The position numbers and the translations under genes are program-made. The notes under the pieces were generated by a model. It saw only the letters and a list, made by a program, of their open reading frames with translations, did not search any database and was not told the DNA's origin. DNA of 64,000 bases from Amylibacter sp. (GTDB taxonomy: Bacteria > Pseudomonadota > Alphaproteobacteria > Rhodobacterales > Rhodobacteraceae), in contig OZ253460.1 of the NCBI GenBank assembly GCA_965261565.1, forward strand, positions 187,951 through 251,950, in the 5' to 3' direction. Below, piece after piece: positions 39,216 through 52,307 of this stretch (its first letter is position 1; the number at the start of each line of letters is the position of its first letter).

Positions 39216-41345
39216 TTACTCTCCATTCGGCCTTTGCCGTTTACGGCTGACATACGCTACATCCGAATCAGCTTCAACCGCAGTCATCACATTGTGCAAA
39301 TGTTCCACATCCCGCACCTGAATTTCAATCGCCATCAGGTAAAAATCAGGTTTTCTTTCGGTGAATTGTAAATCTGCAATATTTGCATTCTGTTCACCGA
39401 TCAAAGTACAAATCCGCCCAAGAACACCAGGGTCATTTGCCATGGTAACCTGTATTGTCACGTTGTTATTCGGATCATTGCGGCCTTGCGTCCAGCGCAG
39501 ATCTATCCAGCGGTTTGACTGATCTTCATACTCCGCCAATTTCTCACAATGAATCGTATGAAAAACAACGCCCTTGCCACGCGTTGCAATTCCGACAATC
39601 CGTTCACCCGGTAAAGGTTGGCAACACTTACTTGGCTGGGCATATTGGCCGGGGTTAAGCCCTACTATTTCGGAAACAGGCAGGCTTTCGTCAGTTTCGC
39701 CTGCGGTCAATAGCTCTGGGTATAGTGCGCCGACCAAATCAGAGCCTGTCATTTCCGCACTGCCCAAGCGGGCAAGTAGAGCCTCTTTATTTTTCAGGCC
39801 AAGTTTTTTGGCCGCTGTCATCAACGCCTTATCAGTAGATTTTTTTCCCACATGTTCTAAGGCAACCCGGGCAAGCTCAGTTCCAAGACGGACGTAGCCA
39901 TCACGATGCTCTTCACGCAATGCCCGCCTGATTGCTGATTTAGCGCGCCCGGTTACCGCAATATCAATCCAGCTGGATTGTGGTCGTTGACCTTCGGCCG
40001 TCGTAATTTCCACCGATTGGCCATTGCGAAGCCGTGTCCATAATGGCACGCGTCTGCCATCAACTTTCGCACCGACACAAGCTGCACCGATACGGGTATG
40101 AATTGCATAGGCAAAGTCAATTAGCGTTGCACCGCGCGGCAATTGGATCACATCTCCCTTGGGTGTAAAGCAAAACACCTGGTCTGCGAACATATCCAGT
40201 TTCACATGCTCCAGAAACTCTTCGTGATCCTGATCATCGTTACTGCCTAAACGTTCGGTAAGTGACGCCAACCATGCAAACGGATCAACTGCGAACGGGT
40301 TTTCCACCCTGTGCCCGTCTTTATACGACCAGTGCGCAGCCACACCGGTTTCGGCAACATCATGCATCTGGCGCGTGCGTATCTGAATTTCCACGCGCTT
40401 ACCATCACGCCCTGAAACCGTAGTATGAACTGATCGATACCCATTTGATTTAGGCTGGCTTAAATAATCTTTGAACCGGCCCGGAACTGCTGTCCACCGA
40501 TTATGAACCGCGCCTAGCGCTTTGTAGATGTCTTCTTCGTTCTCGGTTAAAATCCGGAACGCATATATATCACTTAACCGCGAAAAACCTTCGCCTTTTT
40601 CCTGCATTTTACGCCAAACGGAATATGGTTTTTTCTCACGCCCGACCACTTCGGCTTCGATACCGGATTTTTCCAGAACACCCCTGATATCTTGTGTGAT
40701 CTTTGGAATTACATCTTCGGTTTGGTTCCGCAATGTAAGGAAACGGCGCAAGATAGAATTGCGCCCTTCAGGGTTCAGAACTCGAAACGATAGATCCTCT
40801 AATTCATCGCGCATCCACTGCATACCCATACGGCCTGATAACGGTGCAAAAATATCCATTGTTTCATGGGCTTTTTGCACCTGTTTTTCGGGCCGCATGT
40901 GCTTGATCGTGCGCATGTTGTGCAAACGATCACCTAGCTTCACCAAAATCACCCGCACATCTTTTGACATAGCCAATAGCAATTTTCGTACATTTTCGGC
41001 TTGTTTTGCATCGTTCGATGACAATTCCAGATTTGTTAGCTTGGTCACACCGTCAACCAGCTGCGCCACATCAACGCCAAACCCCTTGGCAACTTCCTTA
41101 TAGGTCGATTGGGTATCCTCGATCACATCATGCAAGAGCGCTGTGATAATCGTGGAATCGTCCAGATTCTGCTGCGCAAGCAACATCGCCACTTCAACAG
41201 GATGTGAAAAATAAGGCTCGCCCGAATGCCGGGTCTGGCCTTCATGCATCAATTTCCCGTACTCATATGCTTCAGATATAAGTTTGGTATTGGAATTAGG
41301 ATTGTAGGCGCGGACTTGATCTACAAGTTTCTCAACGGGGATCAT
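39216..41345 (-). CDS. spoT: bifunctional (p)ppGpp synthetase/hydrolase (RelA/SpoT homologue)
   Basis: 709 aa with an HD hydrolase domain (HDVIEDT), a RelA/SpoT synthetase domain, and TGS and ACT regions. Confidence 0.93.
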   Translation of the reverse strand: MIPVEKLVDQVRAYNPNSNTKLISEAYEYGKLMHEGQTRHSGEPYFSHPVEVAMLLAQQNLDDSTIITALLHDVIEDTQSTYKEVAKGFGVDVAQLVDGVTKLTNLELSSNDAKQAENVRKLLLAMSKDVRVILVKLGDRLHNMRTIKHMRPEKQVQKAHETMDIFAPLSGRMGMQWMRDELEDLSFRVLNPEGRNSILRRFLTLRNQTEDVIPKITQDIRGVLEKSGIEAEVVGREKKPYSVWRKMQEKGEGFSRLSDIYAFRILTENEEDIYKALGAVHNRWTAVPGRFKDYLSQPKSNGYRSVHTTVSGRDGKRVEIQIRTRQMHDVAETGVAAHWSYKDGHRVENPFAVDPFAWLASLTERLGSNDDQDHEEFLEHVKLDMFADQVFCFTPKGDVIQLPRGATLIDFAYAIHTRIGAACVGAKVDGRRVPLWTRLRNGQSVEITTAEGQRPQSSWIDIAVTGRAKSAIRRALREEHRDGYVRLGTELARVALEHVGKKSTDKALMTAAKKLGLKNKEALLARLGSAEMTGSDLVGALYPELLTAGETDESLPVSEIVGLNPGQYAQPSKCCQPLPGERIVGIATRGKGVVFHTIHCEKLAEYEDQSNRWIDLRWTQGRNDPNNNVTIQVTMANDPGVLGRICTLIGEQNANIADLQFTERKPDFYLMAIEIQVRDVEHLHNVMTAVEADSDVAYVSRKRQRPNGE

Positions 41346-41399
41346 TTCGGCTGCTCCTTATCTGGGCGCCGTGCCGAAGTTTCCCTCGACAGGTTGTCC

Positions 41400-41750
41400 T
41401 TATTTCATTTCCTGTGCTTCCATCAGGGCGCGCAACAGATTTTCTTCAGACATATCGTCTTCGGCTTTATCCGGTTCCTCACCCATCAGAAGGGCCATTT
41501 GATCTTCTTCCGGCTCATCAACCTCGATTTGGGTTTGGAAGCTTTCAATAGCTGCTTCCATCAAAGAATCCGCGGTCAATGTTTCTTCAGCGATTTCGCG
41601 AAGTGCGACAACAGGGTTTTTATCATTATCGCGCGGTATAGTGATTTCCGCACCTGTTGATAATTCGCGTGCCCGATGTGCGGCCAGTAGAATCAGATCA
41701 AAATGGTTGTCGACCTTGTCTACGCAATCTTCAACTGTGACACGTGCCAT
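41400..41750 (-). CDS. rpoZ: DNA-directed RNA polymerase omega subunit
   Basis: [30 protein letters not shown]. The tracked ORF has a 29-codon upstream extension, which I rejected. Confidence 0.9.
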   Translation of the reverse strand: MARVTVEDCVDKVDNHFDLILLAAHRARELSTGAEITIPRDNDKNPVVALREIAEETLTADSLMEAAIESFQTQIEVDEPEEDQMALLMGEEPDKAEDDMSEENLLRALMEAQEMK

Positions 41751-41833
41751 GAGGAAACTCCGAAAATGGTGTGAATGAAACGGCTGCATACGCCTTTTCC
41801 ACAGTGTTGGCAAGGGCAATAGATGCAAGATTA

Positions 41834-42427
41834 TCAACCGGGAATTTGTAGAATTCCCTCTAGTTCATTGGGGTCAATCTGCTCTATCAAAACATCAATA
41901 CTTTCAAGTGTGACCGGATGAACCCAATCTGGGGCGACCGCTTTTAGCGGCACCAGAACAAATCCACGATCCTGAATGCGTGGATGAGGTAATATAAGAT
42001 TGTCAGGCCATGTGGTTTTTTGCAAATTCAGCTCCATATCGCGCCAATAATGGTATATTTCCGGTGTCGGCAGTATGCAGCCTTGATAATCCAGTAAATC
42101 AATATCAATAACCCTTGTCCCCCACCGCTGTTTTCGCTTCCGCCCCAATTTGGCTTCGACACCATGTAAAACAGATAACAGACTATGCGGATCCAATTTT
42201 GTTTCCGCACGCACAACAGAATTCACATAGTCAGGGCCACTCCCTGTCGGAAACGCCGGTGTTTGAAAAAATGGGCTGATTGTGGTAATATTAACGGAAT
42301 CATCATTTAGTAACTCATAGGATGATTGAATTATTTCGACAGATTGTTTTAGTTGATCTGCCTGATTTGAACCAAATGCAAGATAGACTATCTTTTGGTT
42401 AGCTCTGTTATTTTCTACTTGATCCAA
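41834..42427 (-). CDS. folK: 2-amino-4-hydroxy-6-hydroxymethyldihydropteridine diphosphokinase
   Basis: 197 aa with [19 protein letters not shown] and [18 protein letters not shown]. Confidence 0.85.
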   Translation of the reverse strand: MDQVENNRANQKIVYLAFGSNQADQLKQSVEIIQSSYELLNDDSVNITTISPFFQTPAFPTGSGPDYVNSVVRAETKLDPHSLLSVLHGVEAKLGRKRKQRWGTRVIDIDLLDYQGCILPTPEIYHYWRDMELNLQKTTWPDNLILPHPRIQDRGFVLVPLKAVAPDWVHPVTLESIDVLIEQIDPNELEGILQIPG

Positions 42428-42533
42428 GTAAATATGCCTCTATGTTCATCCGCATTCAGTCTAAGACACACGCAAATACTTTAGTCCATTGATTGAGTGC
42501 AAAGTACGAGATTAATTTAAAAAGGAAAACATT

Positions 42534-43112
42534 ATGTTTTACCGTGACGAGCGTCTTGCGCTTTTTATCGACGGATCAAATCTTTACGCCGCCGCAAAAT
42601 CGCTTGGTTTTGATATAGATTACAAACTATTGCGAACAGAGTTTATGCGCCGTGGCAAGCTACTGCGTGCGTTTTATTACACTGCACTTTTAGAAAATGA
42701 CGACTATTCTCCTATCCGCCCTTTGGTTGATTGGCTGAATTACAACGGCTTCACTATGGTTACCAAGCCCGCCAAAGAATACACTGATTCTATGGGCCGC
42801 AAGAAAGTCAAAGGCAACATGGACATTGAATTGGCGGTCAATGCGATGGAATTAGCTCCCCATGTGGATCATATGGTGATCTTTTCCGGTGACGGCGATT
42901 ACCGTCCCTTGGTCGAATCACTACAACGTCAGGGCGTTCGGGTATCTGTTGTATCAACAATCCGTTCGCAACCGCCGATGATTTCAGATGATTTACGCCG
43001 TCAGGCTGACAATTTCATCGAACTCGATGAATTACGTGAGGTGGTAGGCCGCCCGATGCGACCAGAGGAAACATCAGCGGCACCGGCTTTCGAAGCTGAA
43101 CCAACCGATTAA
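42534..43112 (+). CDS. NYN-domain (LabA-like) protein
   Basis: 192 aa with LFIDGSNLY and [12 protein letters not shown], typical of the NYN/LabA fold. Confidence 0.78.
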   Translation: MFYRDERLALFIDGSNLYAAAKSLGFDIDYKLLRTEFMRRGKLLRAFYYTALLENDDYSPIRPLVDWLNYNGFTMVTKPAKEYTDSMGRKKVKGNMDIELAVNAMELAPHVDHMVIFSGDGDYRPLVESLQRQGVRVSVVSTIRSQPPMISDDLRRQADNFIELDELREVVGRPMRPEETSAAPAFEAEPTD

Positions 43113-43179
43113 AATCATTAAGCCTCAAGCATTCGTTTGGGGCTTAAAACATCTTGGGAATTGTGCCATATCACATCCC

Positions 43180-44127
43180 ATGAAACAAAAACTCACCCTT
43201 TACCTTGCCGCCCCGCGCGGATTTTGCGCCGGTGTTGACCGTGCGATCAAGATTGTCGAGATGGCGATCGAGAAATGGGGCGCACCCGTCTATGTGCGAC
43301 ATGAAATTGTGCACAATAAATATGTTGTCGACGGCCTGCGTTCCAAGGGGGCAGTGTTCGTTGAAAACCTGGATGAATGCCCAACCGACCGCCCTGTCAT
43401 CTTCTCAGCCCACGGGGTACCAAAATCCGTGCCTGCAAAAGCCGAAGCGCGGAACATGATCTATGTCGACGCCACTTGCCCACTTGTCTCCAAAGTTCAT
43501 ATCGAAGCCGACCGTCATCATTTGAATGGCTTGCAAATGATTATGATCGGTCACGCGGGACATCCCGAAACCATCGGCACGATGGGGCAATTACCCGAAG
43601 GCGAAGTCTTATTGGTCGAAACCCCGGATGATGTTGCCAAACTGACAACGCGCGATGCAAGCAAACTTGCCTATATCACGCAAACCACATTAAGCGTGGA
43701 CGATACGATTGAAATTGTAAAAGCCCTGCAAAAAAGGTTCCCGAATATCATTGGCCCACATAAAGAAGATATTTGTTACGCCACCACCAACCGGCAGGAA
43801 GCTGTCAAAGCTGTAGCCCCCCAAATAGACGCACTGTTGGTCATTGGTGCACCCAATTCGTCCAATTCAAAACGATTGGTAGAGGTTGGTGCCAACGCTG
43901 GGTGCAAGTATTCGCAACTGGTTCAGCGCGCCAAAGATATTGACTGGCGTGCAATGGACGGGGCAAAAGCTGTTGGTATCACTGCAGGCGCCTCGGCCCC
44001 TGAAATACTGATAAATGAGGTTATTAATGCCTTTAAAGACCGCTACGAAATCACAACAGAAATCGTTGAAACCGCTGTAGAGAATATCGAATTCAAAGTG
44101 CCGCGTATTTTACGGGAAACAGGATAA
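43180..44127 (+). CDS. ispH: 4-hydroxy-3-methylbut-2-enyl diphosphate reductase
   Basis: 315 aa with conserved Cys in GFCAGV, ATCPLV and ICYATTNRQ. Confidence 0.93.
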   Translation: MKQKLTLYLAAPRGFCAGVDRAIKIVEMAIEKWGAPVYVRHEIVHNKYVVDGLRSKGAVFVENLDECPTDRPVIFSAHGVPKSVPAKAEARNMIYVDATCPLVSKVHIEADRHHLNGLQMIMIGHAGHPETIGTMGQLPEGEVLLVETPDDVAKLTTRDASKLAYITQTTLSVDDTIEIVKALQKRFPNIIGPHKEDICYATTNRQEAVKAVAPQIDALLVIGAPNSSNSKRLVEVGANAGCKYSQLVQRAKDIDWRAMDGAKAVGITAGASAPEILINEVINAFKDRYEITTEIVETAVENIEFKVPRILRETG

Positions 44128-44129
44128 CA

Positions 44130-44720
44130 ATGGCAGATCAAAGAACCATCGAAACCTATAATGAAACTGCTGCTGATTACGTAAAATTCGTCAGCCGCAC
44201 GACACCTGATCAGGATTTACGCAGGTTTATCGACGCCATCCCAAAAGGTGGCCTGGTTCTAGATTGGGGCTGCGGCCCCGGCAATTCGGCCGCAATGATG
44301 CAAACCGCAGGGCTGGTGGCAGAGGCGATTGATGCCTCCGAAAAAATGGTGGCACTGGCCCAATCAAACCATGGGTTGAACGCCAAACAGGCAACATTCG
44401 ATGCGCTGGATGAAACCGCCCGTTATGACGGTCTTTGGGCAAACTTCAGCCTGTTGCATGCCCCAAAGTCTAGCATGCCCAAGCATTTACAAGCTGCCCA
44501 TACTGCCCTCAGAAAAAACGGGTATTTTCATATCGGCATGAAACTTGGGACAGGTGAAAAACGCGATAAGCTGGCACGTATGTATACCTATTACGAAGAA
44601 GCCGAATTAAAAAACCTGATTGAAACCGCTGGCTTTACCATAGCAACCTCTCGCACCGATGCGATGGAAGGCATGGCCGGCAATGTCGAACCCTTTATCA
44701 TCATAACCGCTCATGCCTGA
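44130..44720 (+). CDS. class I SAM-dependent methyltransferase
   Basis: 196 aa with motif [10 protein letters not shown]. Confidence 0.8.
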   Translation: MADQRTIETYNETAADYVKFVSRTTPDQDLRRFIDAIPKGGLVLDWGCGPGNSAAMMQTAGLVAEAIDASEKMVALAQSNHGLNAKQATFDALDETARYDGLWANFSLLHAPKSSMPKHLQAAHTALRKNGYFHIGMKLGTGEKRDKLARMYTYYEEAELKNLIETAGFTIATSRTDAMEGMAGNVEPFIIITAHA

Positions 44721-45165
44721 TTTATACGCGTACACTGACGGAGCCTGCTCGGGCAATCCCGGTCCCGGCGGCTGGGGGGTTCTGCTTCAGGCCCACAATG
44801 GTGGTAAAATCGCCAAAGAGCGCGAATTGAACGGCGGGGCAGCGGACACCACCAATAACCAGATGGAACTGATGGCCGCGATCTGCGCACTTGAAACCCT
44901 GGGAAAACCCAGCACGATCACCATCGTCACTGATAGTTCCTACGTCAAAGACGGCATCACCAAATGGATACATGGCTGGAAGAAAAACGGCTGGCGCAAT
45001 GCCTCGAAAAAGCCCGTGAAAAACACCGAGCTGTGGCAAAGGCTTGATGAAGCTACCAAGCGGCACCAGATCACTTGGGAATGGGTCAAAGGCCATGCGG
45101 GACACCCCGAAAACGAACGCGCCGATGAATTGGCACGTATGGGTATGGAACCCTTTAAAGGTTAA
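44713..45165 (+). CDS. rnhA: ribonuclease HI
   Basis: [41 protein letters not shown]. Confidence 0.93.
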   Translation: MPDLYAYTDGACSGNPGPGGWGVLLQAHNGGKIAKERELNGGAADTTNNQMELMAAICALETLGKPSTITIVTDSSYVKDGITKWIHGWKKNGWRNASKKPVKNTELWQRLDEATKRHQITWEWVKGHAGHPENERADELARMGMEPFKG

Positions 45166-45255
45166 ATAACATATCTTTTTTGTCGTGTTCTTACTAGTCG
45201 TGGCAATATTATTAAGCATAGTGAACGAAATACATCTAATTCACGGACACCCAAT

Positions 45256-46449
45256 ATGCTTGCCACCGCCATTAGTAAAATCCAAGGCTCTGCCATTTCC
45301 GCTATTTTCGATCAGGCAATCAAGTTGCGCGCTGAGGGTCGCGACCTGATTGATTTCTCGACCGGAGAACCTGATTTCGATACACCTGAACATATCTGCA
45401 ACGCTGGTATAGACGCTATAAATCAAGGTGTTACACGCTACACGGCCGTTGATGGCACAGCTGATCTGAAAGCCGCGATAGTGCGGAAATTCAAGGTTGA
45501 TAATGATCTTGAATACAGCCCCGCAGAAATTGTTATCAGCGCAGGTGCCAAGCCGCTTCTGGCAACTGCCATACAGGCAGTCCTCAACCCGAATGATGAG
45601 GTGATCATCCCCACCCCCGCATGGCCTTCGCACATCGGAATGGTTGAAGTTTGCAATGCTACCCCCGTGATGCTGTCCACTACCTATGAAGAAGGCTTCA
45701 AGCTAAGTGCCAAAAAATTGCAAGCCGCGATCACGCCCAAAACCAAAATGCTGCTTTTATGCTCGCCCTCCAACCCCACAGGGGCGGTTTATTCTGCCCA
45801 GGCATTGGCCGAACTTGCCAAAGTTCTACGCCGTCATCCCAATATCCTTGTCATATCCGATGACCTTTATGAACATATAATCTTCGACGATAACCGCTTT
45901 GCCACATTGGCCGCTGTTGCCCCTGACCTGCGTGACCGCATCTTGACTGTGAACGGCGTGTCCAAAGCCTATGCCATGACAGGCTGGCGCATCGGTTATG
46001 CAGGCGGGCCGGAATGGTGGATGAATGGCATCCGAAAAATATCATCGCAGATCAACGGTGGCCCGTGTTCAATCAGCCAAGCTGCCAGCATCGCCGCGCT
46101 GGATGGCCCGCAGGATTTTCTAACGACTTGGCGCGAAACATACCAAGACAGACGCGATATTGCCCTTGAAGCGTTTGCCAAAATCGACGAACTTACGGTG
46201 AGCAAGCCTGAAGGTGCGTTTTATATGATGCCCCATTGTGGTAGGCTGCTGGGGCGCAAACGACCCGATGGTAAAATAATTGAAACCTCAACTGATCTGG
46301 CCTCTTACCTGTTGAATGAAGGCGTTGTTATCGTGCCAGGTGCAGGTTTTTTCTGCGATCCATATTTTCGCATGTCCATTGCCACATCAACAGCGAATAT
46401 CGTTGAGGGTCTGAAACGCATGACCGCAGCGTGTAACGCTTTAAAATAG
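45256..46449 (+). CDS. class I/II PLP-dependent aminotransferase (aspartate aminotransferase-like)
   Basis: 397 aa with NPTG and the PLP-Lys region NGVSKAYAMTGWRIGY. Confidence 0.85.
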   Translation: MLATAISKIQGSAISAIFDQAIKLRAEGRDLIDFSTGEPDFDTPEHICNAGIDAINQGVTRYTAVDGTADLKAAIVRKFKVDNDLEYSPAEIVISAGAKPLLATAIQAVLNPNDEVIIPTPAWPSHIGMVEVCNATPVMLSTTYEEGFKLSAKKLQAAITPKTKMLLLCSPSNPTGAVYSAQALAELAKVLRRHPNILVISDDLYEHIIFDDNRFATLAAVAPDLRDRILTVNGVSKAYAMTGWRIGYAGGPEWWMNGIRKISSQINGGPCSISQAASIAALDGPQDFLTTWRETYQDRRDIALEAFAKIDELTVSKPEGAFYMMPHCGRLLGRKRPDGKIIETSTDLASYLLNEGVVIVPGAGFFCDPYFRMSIATSTANIVEGLKRMTAACNALK

Positions 46450-46457
46450 GAAATTCC

Positions 46458-47810
46458 ATGACCCTTTCAATGTCCGCATTCGCTGAAAACCTGACCTATG
46501 ATGACCTGCCCGAACCCTTGTTGCAAGTTCTGCGGCGCAGCTTTTTAGATACGATAGGCGTGGCTGCAATCGGTTCCACAACGGAACTGTCAGATCTCGC
46601 CCGCAAAGGTGCATTGGCGGTTTTTGGCACCGGCAACGCTGGCAGCGCACGTATGTTGATGGATGGTCGCGCACTTAGCCCTGCTGGAGCAGCAATGGCG
46701 GGTGCCTTTACCGTAGACAGTATCGACGCCCATGACGGCACATCCCCCAATAAAGGCCACGCGGGATCAGCAATCTTCCCCGCTCTTTTGGCTGTCGCCG
46801 ACGCAATGCGCGCAAACGGCACGCCGATTGCGGGAAAAGCTTTCGCAACGTGGCTGGCAATCGCTTATGAGGTCAGCTACCGCGCAGGTCAGGTGCAACA
46901 TGCGACTTGCGCTGATTATCACACCTCAGGCGCGTGGACTGCCGTTGGCGTTGCCGCCGCTTGTGCAAAAATGCTGGGTTGCGATCGCGAGGCTATCCGT
47001 CATGCTGCTGGTATCGGCGAATATCACGGACCGCGCAGTCAAATGATGCGCTGTATTGATTTCCCAACCATGGTTCGTGATGGCGTTGGCTGGGGCGCAC
47101 CCTCTGGTGTAACTGCCGCATACCTCGCACGCGAAGGCTTTACTGGCGCACCAGCCCTTACTTGCGAAGGCAAGGATGCAAACCCTTTTTGGAATGATCT
47201 TGGCGACACTTGGCGCACTGTCGAGCATACCCATTATAAACCATATCCATGCTGTCGCTGGGCACACCCAGCACTAGATGCAGTGCAAGAATTGATGACC
47301 GAAAATAACTTAACGCATAACCGTGTCAAAGCCGTGAAAATCAAGACATTTCACAATGCCACACGTCTGGCAGGTCAAGAACCACAATCACTCGATGAAT
47401 TCACTTACGCCATCGCCTTTCCAGTGGCTGCAATGATTGTTCGCGGACAAGTCGGTGTTGATGAGTTGACGCCAGAAACACTGACCGATCCCGATATCCT
47501 GCGCATAAGCCGTGCCATAGAATTGATTGACGACCCACATCTGACCGAAATAAGCACCGACAAACGCTGGGCGCAAGTTACGATAATTGACACAGACGGG
47601 GTCGCTTATATCGACGCACCTCGCACACCGCGTGGCGACACGGATTTACCGCTAAGTGATGCCGAGATCAGTGCGAAATACCACAGCTTCGCAGATCCTA
47701 TTTTGGGGCTGGAACGGGCGAAAGAAATTGAAAGGTTATGCGAAAATTTTGACATATTGGATGAAACTGGCTTTGCACGTTTGATGGACTTGTGTCTTTC
47801 AGCACCCTAA
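46458..47810 (+). CDS. MmgE/PrpD-family protein
   Basis: 450 aa with PrpD-like N- and C-domains (YKPYPCCRWAH). Confidence 0.8.
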   Translation: MTLSMSAFAENLTYDDLPEPLLQVLRRSFLDTIGVAAIGSTTELSDLARKGALAVFGTGNAGSARMLMDGRALSPAGAAMAGAFTVDSIDAHDGTSPNKGHAGSAIFPALLAVADAMRANGTPIAGKAFATWLAIAYEVSYRAGQVQHATCADYHTSGAWTAVGVAAACAKMLGCDREAIRHAAGIGEYHGPRSQMMRCIDFPTMVRDGVGWGAPSGVTAAYLAREGFTGAPALTCEGKDANPFWNDLGDTWRTVEHTHYKPYPCCRWAHPALDAVQELMTENNLTHNRVKAVKIKTFHNATRLAGQEPQSLDEFTYAIAFPVAAMIVRGQVGVDELTPETLTDPDILRISRAIELIDDPHLTEISTDKRWAQVTIIDTDGVAYIDAPRTPRGDTDLPLSDAEISAKYHSFADPILGLERAKEIERLCENFDILDETGFARLMDLCLSAP

Positions 47811-47815
47811 ATGCA

Positions 47816-47850
47816 AATAAGGGCCAGCACCGCCAGCCCTTATTATTTAT
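47816..47850. terminator. bidirectional terminator between the PrpD-like gene and thiC
   Basis: AATAAGGGC, loop, GCCCTTATT, followed by ATTTATTTTT. Confidence 0.55.
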
Positions 47851-47852
47851 TT

Positions 47853-49718
<1,866 letters not shown>

Positions 49719-49754
49719 TTACCGGATAAGATACACCCATGGCGACCCAATCAC

Positions 49755-49858
49755 TTGCTTCCTACGCCAGTATAAACTGGGTCAGGTTCAAAGGGTCGCG
49801 TCACTGCACATCGTTGTGCGGTCAGCCTCTCAGTTCCCAAAGCGGAACCCCCCTGCGT
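49755..49858 (-). ncRNA. TPP (THI-box) riboswitch
   Basis: The minus strand reads ...GGGGTTCCGCTTTGGGAACTGAGAGG...ACCCTTTGAACCTGACCCAGTTTATACTGGCGTAGGAAGC, matching the THI-element consensus. It lies directly upstream of thiC. Confidence 0.88.
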
Positions 49859-49944
49859 AATGCTTGGGTAGAATACTCGATCAGTGGTGTCAATTGAAAC
49901 CAAAGTGTTTTGTTATTGTTTAAATGCTCATGGATTTTATTGTG

Positions 49945-50199
49945 CTATCCGCCAAAAAACCGCCGGTAAATCCAGATCAGGGCTATCGCACCCAGCAGCC
50001 CACCGATGAACATACTCAGCACGCTTGAAGCGCCGACAAACAGGATAAACAACCCCCGCAGAATGATACTGCCGAAAATCGCACCCAACACGCCAATGGC
50101 CACGGCAACCAGAGCGTTAACCTGCAATCCCATGAAGCGCACCGCCAGAAAACCGGCGGCGGCACCAATAATAAGCGTTAAGATAAATGGCATAAACAA
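49945..50199 (-). CDS. GlsB/YeaQ/YmgE-family small membrane protein
   Basis: 84 aa, Gly-rich, with three TM helices. Confidence 0.75.
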   Translation of the reverse strand: MFMPFILTLIIGAAAGFLAVRFMGLQVNALVAVAIGVLGAIFGSIILRGLFILFVGASSVLSMFIGGLLGAIALIWIYRRFFGG

Positions 50200-50250
50200 C
50201 CTCCTGTTCTTATCCCTATATATAGGGTGTTTTTCTGAAATTTTAAGAGG

Positions 50251-51156
50251 TTATAGCTGTTTTCCCTTGCGTAACGGCATACCACGCAAAAGATCCTGTG
50301 CTACCATCGCGCCTTTGCCTGCGCGTTGTAACCGCAACAATTGAACCGCGCCTTCACCGCAGGCAATTGTCAACTTGTCATCCAATATATCGCCCGCCTG
50401 CCCTTGCGCATCCACAACTGTACTATCAAGAACCTTCACCCGCTGGCCATCCGCCTCAAACCATGCACCCGGAAAGGGTGACAGACCACGGATTAAACGG
50501 TCAACCTCTGTTGCTGACCTTGACCAGTCTACTCTGGCTTCTGATTTGTCGATTTTTGTAGCATAGGTCACACCATCCGCTGATTGCACTTCTGGTGCCA
50601 AATCCGGCAAATCCGCCAAAGCCCGCACAATCAGGTTCGCGCCCATACCGGACAAACGGTCATGCAGTACGGCAGTGGTATCCGTTGCCAGAATATCGGT
50701 TTCATCGCGCAGCAACACCGGCCCGGTATCCAGCCCTTTTTCCATCTGCATGATGCATACACCCGTTTGTGCATCACCTGCCATAATCGCGCGATGAATT
50801 GGGGCAGCACCTCGCCAGCGGGGCAATAAGGATGCGTGGATGTTCAAGCACCCCAACCTCGGCGCATCCAACACCACTTGCGGCAAGATCAGCCCATAAG
50901 CCACAACCACAGCAATATCGGCATGCAGATCAGCAAAAGACTTTATCTCGGCAGGGTCTTGAAAGTTCACAGGGTAGCGCACAGATAGATTAAGATGCTC
51001 TGCTAACAACTGAACCGCAGAGGGTCGTTCTTTTTTCCCGCGACCGGCAGGGCGCGGGGGCTGGCAGTAAGTGGCCACCACCTCATGCCCTGCAGTCACC
51101 AAAGCTTCCAAAATCGGTACGGAAAAATCAGGCGTTCCCATAAAAATAATACGCAT
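50251..51156 (-). CDS. fmt: methionyl-tRNA formyltransferase
   Basis: [14 protein letters not shown] and [14 protein letters not shown]. Confidence 0.93.
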   Translation of the reverse strand: MRIIFMGTPDFSVPILEALVTAGHEVVATYCQPPRPAGRGKKERPSAVQLLAEHLNLSVRYPVNFQDPAEIKSFADLHADIAVVVAYGLILPQVVLDAPRLGCLNIHASLLPRWRGAAPIHRAIMAGDAQTGVCIMQMEKGLDTGPVLLRDETDILATDTTAVLHDRLSGMGANLIVRALADLPDLAPEVQSADGVTYATKIDKSEARVDWSRSATEVDRLIRGLSPFPGAWFEADGQRVKVLDSTVVDAQGQAGDILDDKLTIACGEGAVQLLRLQRAGKGAMVAQDLLRGMPLRKGKQL

Positions 51157-51159
51157 GAA

Positions 51160-51666
51160 CTAACCCTTCCGCTTGGCAAGTTTGGCCGCTTTCGCCAGCA
51201 GCATCTTGCGTTTTACAGGGCCAAGATGATCAAAAAACATCTTGCCGTTCAAATGGTCGATCTGGTGCTGCACCGATGTGGCCCAAAGCCCGACAAAATC
51301 GCGCTCGATCATGTCACCCATCTCGTCCATATACTCTACTGTAACCGCGCGCGGGCGTTCAATCTTAGCCCAGACATTCGGCAGATTAGGGCTACCCTCT
51401 TCATGTTCGCGCAGCTTGGCGGACGCATGTAAAACCTTCGGGTTTGCCATGCGCACGGGCTGATCGTGCGTGTCCGAGCAATCCACTACTGCCAATCGCA
51501 AGCTTTCACCAATCTGGTTTGCCCCCAGCCCAACACCAGGCATCGCATACATACTGTCCAGCATATCTTGCCAAATCTGTTTTACATCATCGGTAATTGT
51601 ATCAACAGGCGTACAAACCACGCGCAACCGCTTGTCGGGATATGGAATAAACCGACGCGCCGCCAT
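51160..51666 (-). CDS. peptide deformylase paralogue with substituted catalytic motifs (probably non-catalytic)
   Basis: 168 aa with a PDF fold. Motif 1 is GVGLGANQ, motif 2 is EGSPN (canonical EGCLS) and motif 3 is QHQIDH (canonical HEXXH). The ATG overlaps the upstream def stop (ATGA). Confidence 0.8.
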   Translation of the reverse strand: MAARRFIPYPDKRLRVVCTPVDTITDDVKQIWQDMLDSMYAMPGVGLGANQIGESLRLAVVDCSDTHDQPVRMANPKVLHASAKLREHEEGSPNLPNVWAKIERPRAVTVEYMDEMGDMIERDFVGLWATSVQHQIDHLNGKMFFDHLGPVKRKMLLAKAAKLAKRKG

Positions 51667-52184
51667 CAGGCCGATGCCCGCTCTTTTTTCAGCTTTTGCA
51701 TTTTCTTGGTGATCATCGATTTCTTCATCCGACTAAGATAGTCGATAAATAGTACGCCGTTCAGATGATCAATTTCGTGTTGCGCACAGCGTGACCATAG
51801 ACCGATGAAATGCTCTTCACGTTCTTTACCGGCGACGTCCCAAAACGCAACTTTCACCTCGGAAGGCCGTGTCACATCTTCGTACATGCCCGGAATAGAC
51901 AAACAGCCCTCTTCATGGGTGCTTTCCTCTTCGCTTGACCATACAACTGACGGGTTGATCAAAACCATTGGTTCGGGATCTTCTTCCTTATCCGCACAAT
52001 CCATCACGAACATGCGCTTTAGCTTACCCACTTGCGGTGCTGCTAACCCAACACCAGGCGCATCATACATCGTGGCCAACATGGAATTACCCAAAGCGCG
52101 TGTATCATCATCAACCACTTCAAACGGGCTGCACAGTTTTTTCAGGCGTGGGTCGGGGTGAATAAGGATCGGTAAAACTATCAT
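51666..52184 (-). CDS. def: peptide deformylase (canonical)
   Basis: GVGLAAPQ, EGCLSIPG and QHEIDHLNG are all intact. Confidence 0.93.
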   Translation of the reverse strand: MIVLPILIHPDPRLKKLCSPFEVVDDDTRALGNSMLATMYDAPGVGLAAPQVGKLKRMFVMDCADKEEDPEPMVLINPSVVWSSEEESTHEEGCLSIPGMYEDVTRPSEVKVAFWDVAGKEREEHFIGLWSRCAQHEIDHLNGVLFIDYLSRMKKSMITKKMQKLKKERASA

Positions 52185-52307
52185 AGCAGCGATTTAGGCG
52201 AAAGCGATGTCAGGTTCAAGGTGCATCATTGTATCATCCTAACGGGTACAAAAATCCCCTTGCCCCTACGCGCACAATAAGTAGTCTGCCCCGCGAAGGA
52301 GAACCGC

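Noticed and set aside
41751-41837. N-terminal extensions in the ORF track (rpoZ +29 codons; also thiC +16, chvI +20, pckA +8, pdxJ +7, etfB +3, M48 +17, aapM +8, the TPR protein +16, and the dehydratase ORF starting at 2888)
   Set aside because: The extensions overlap upstream genes or lack an RBS. The internal starts give canonical N-termini (for example MARVTVEDC for omega and [10 protein letters not shown] for EtfB), often with an RBS or stop-start coupling.
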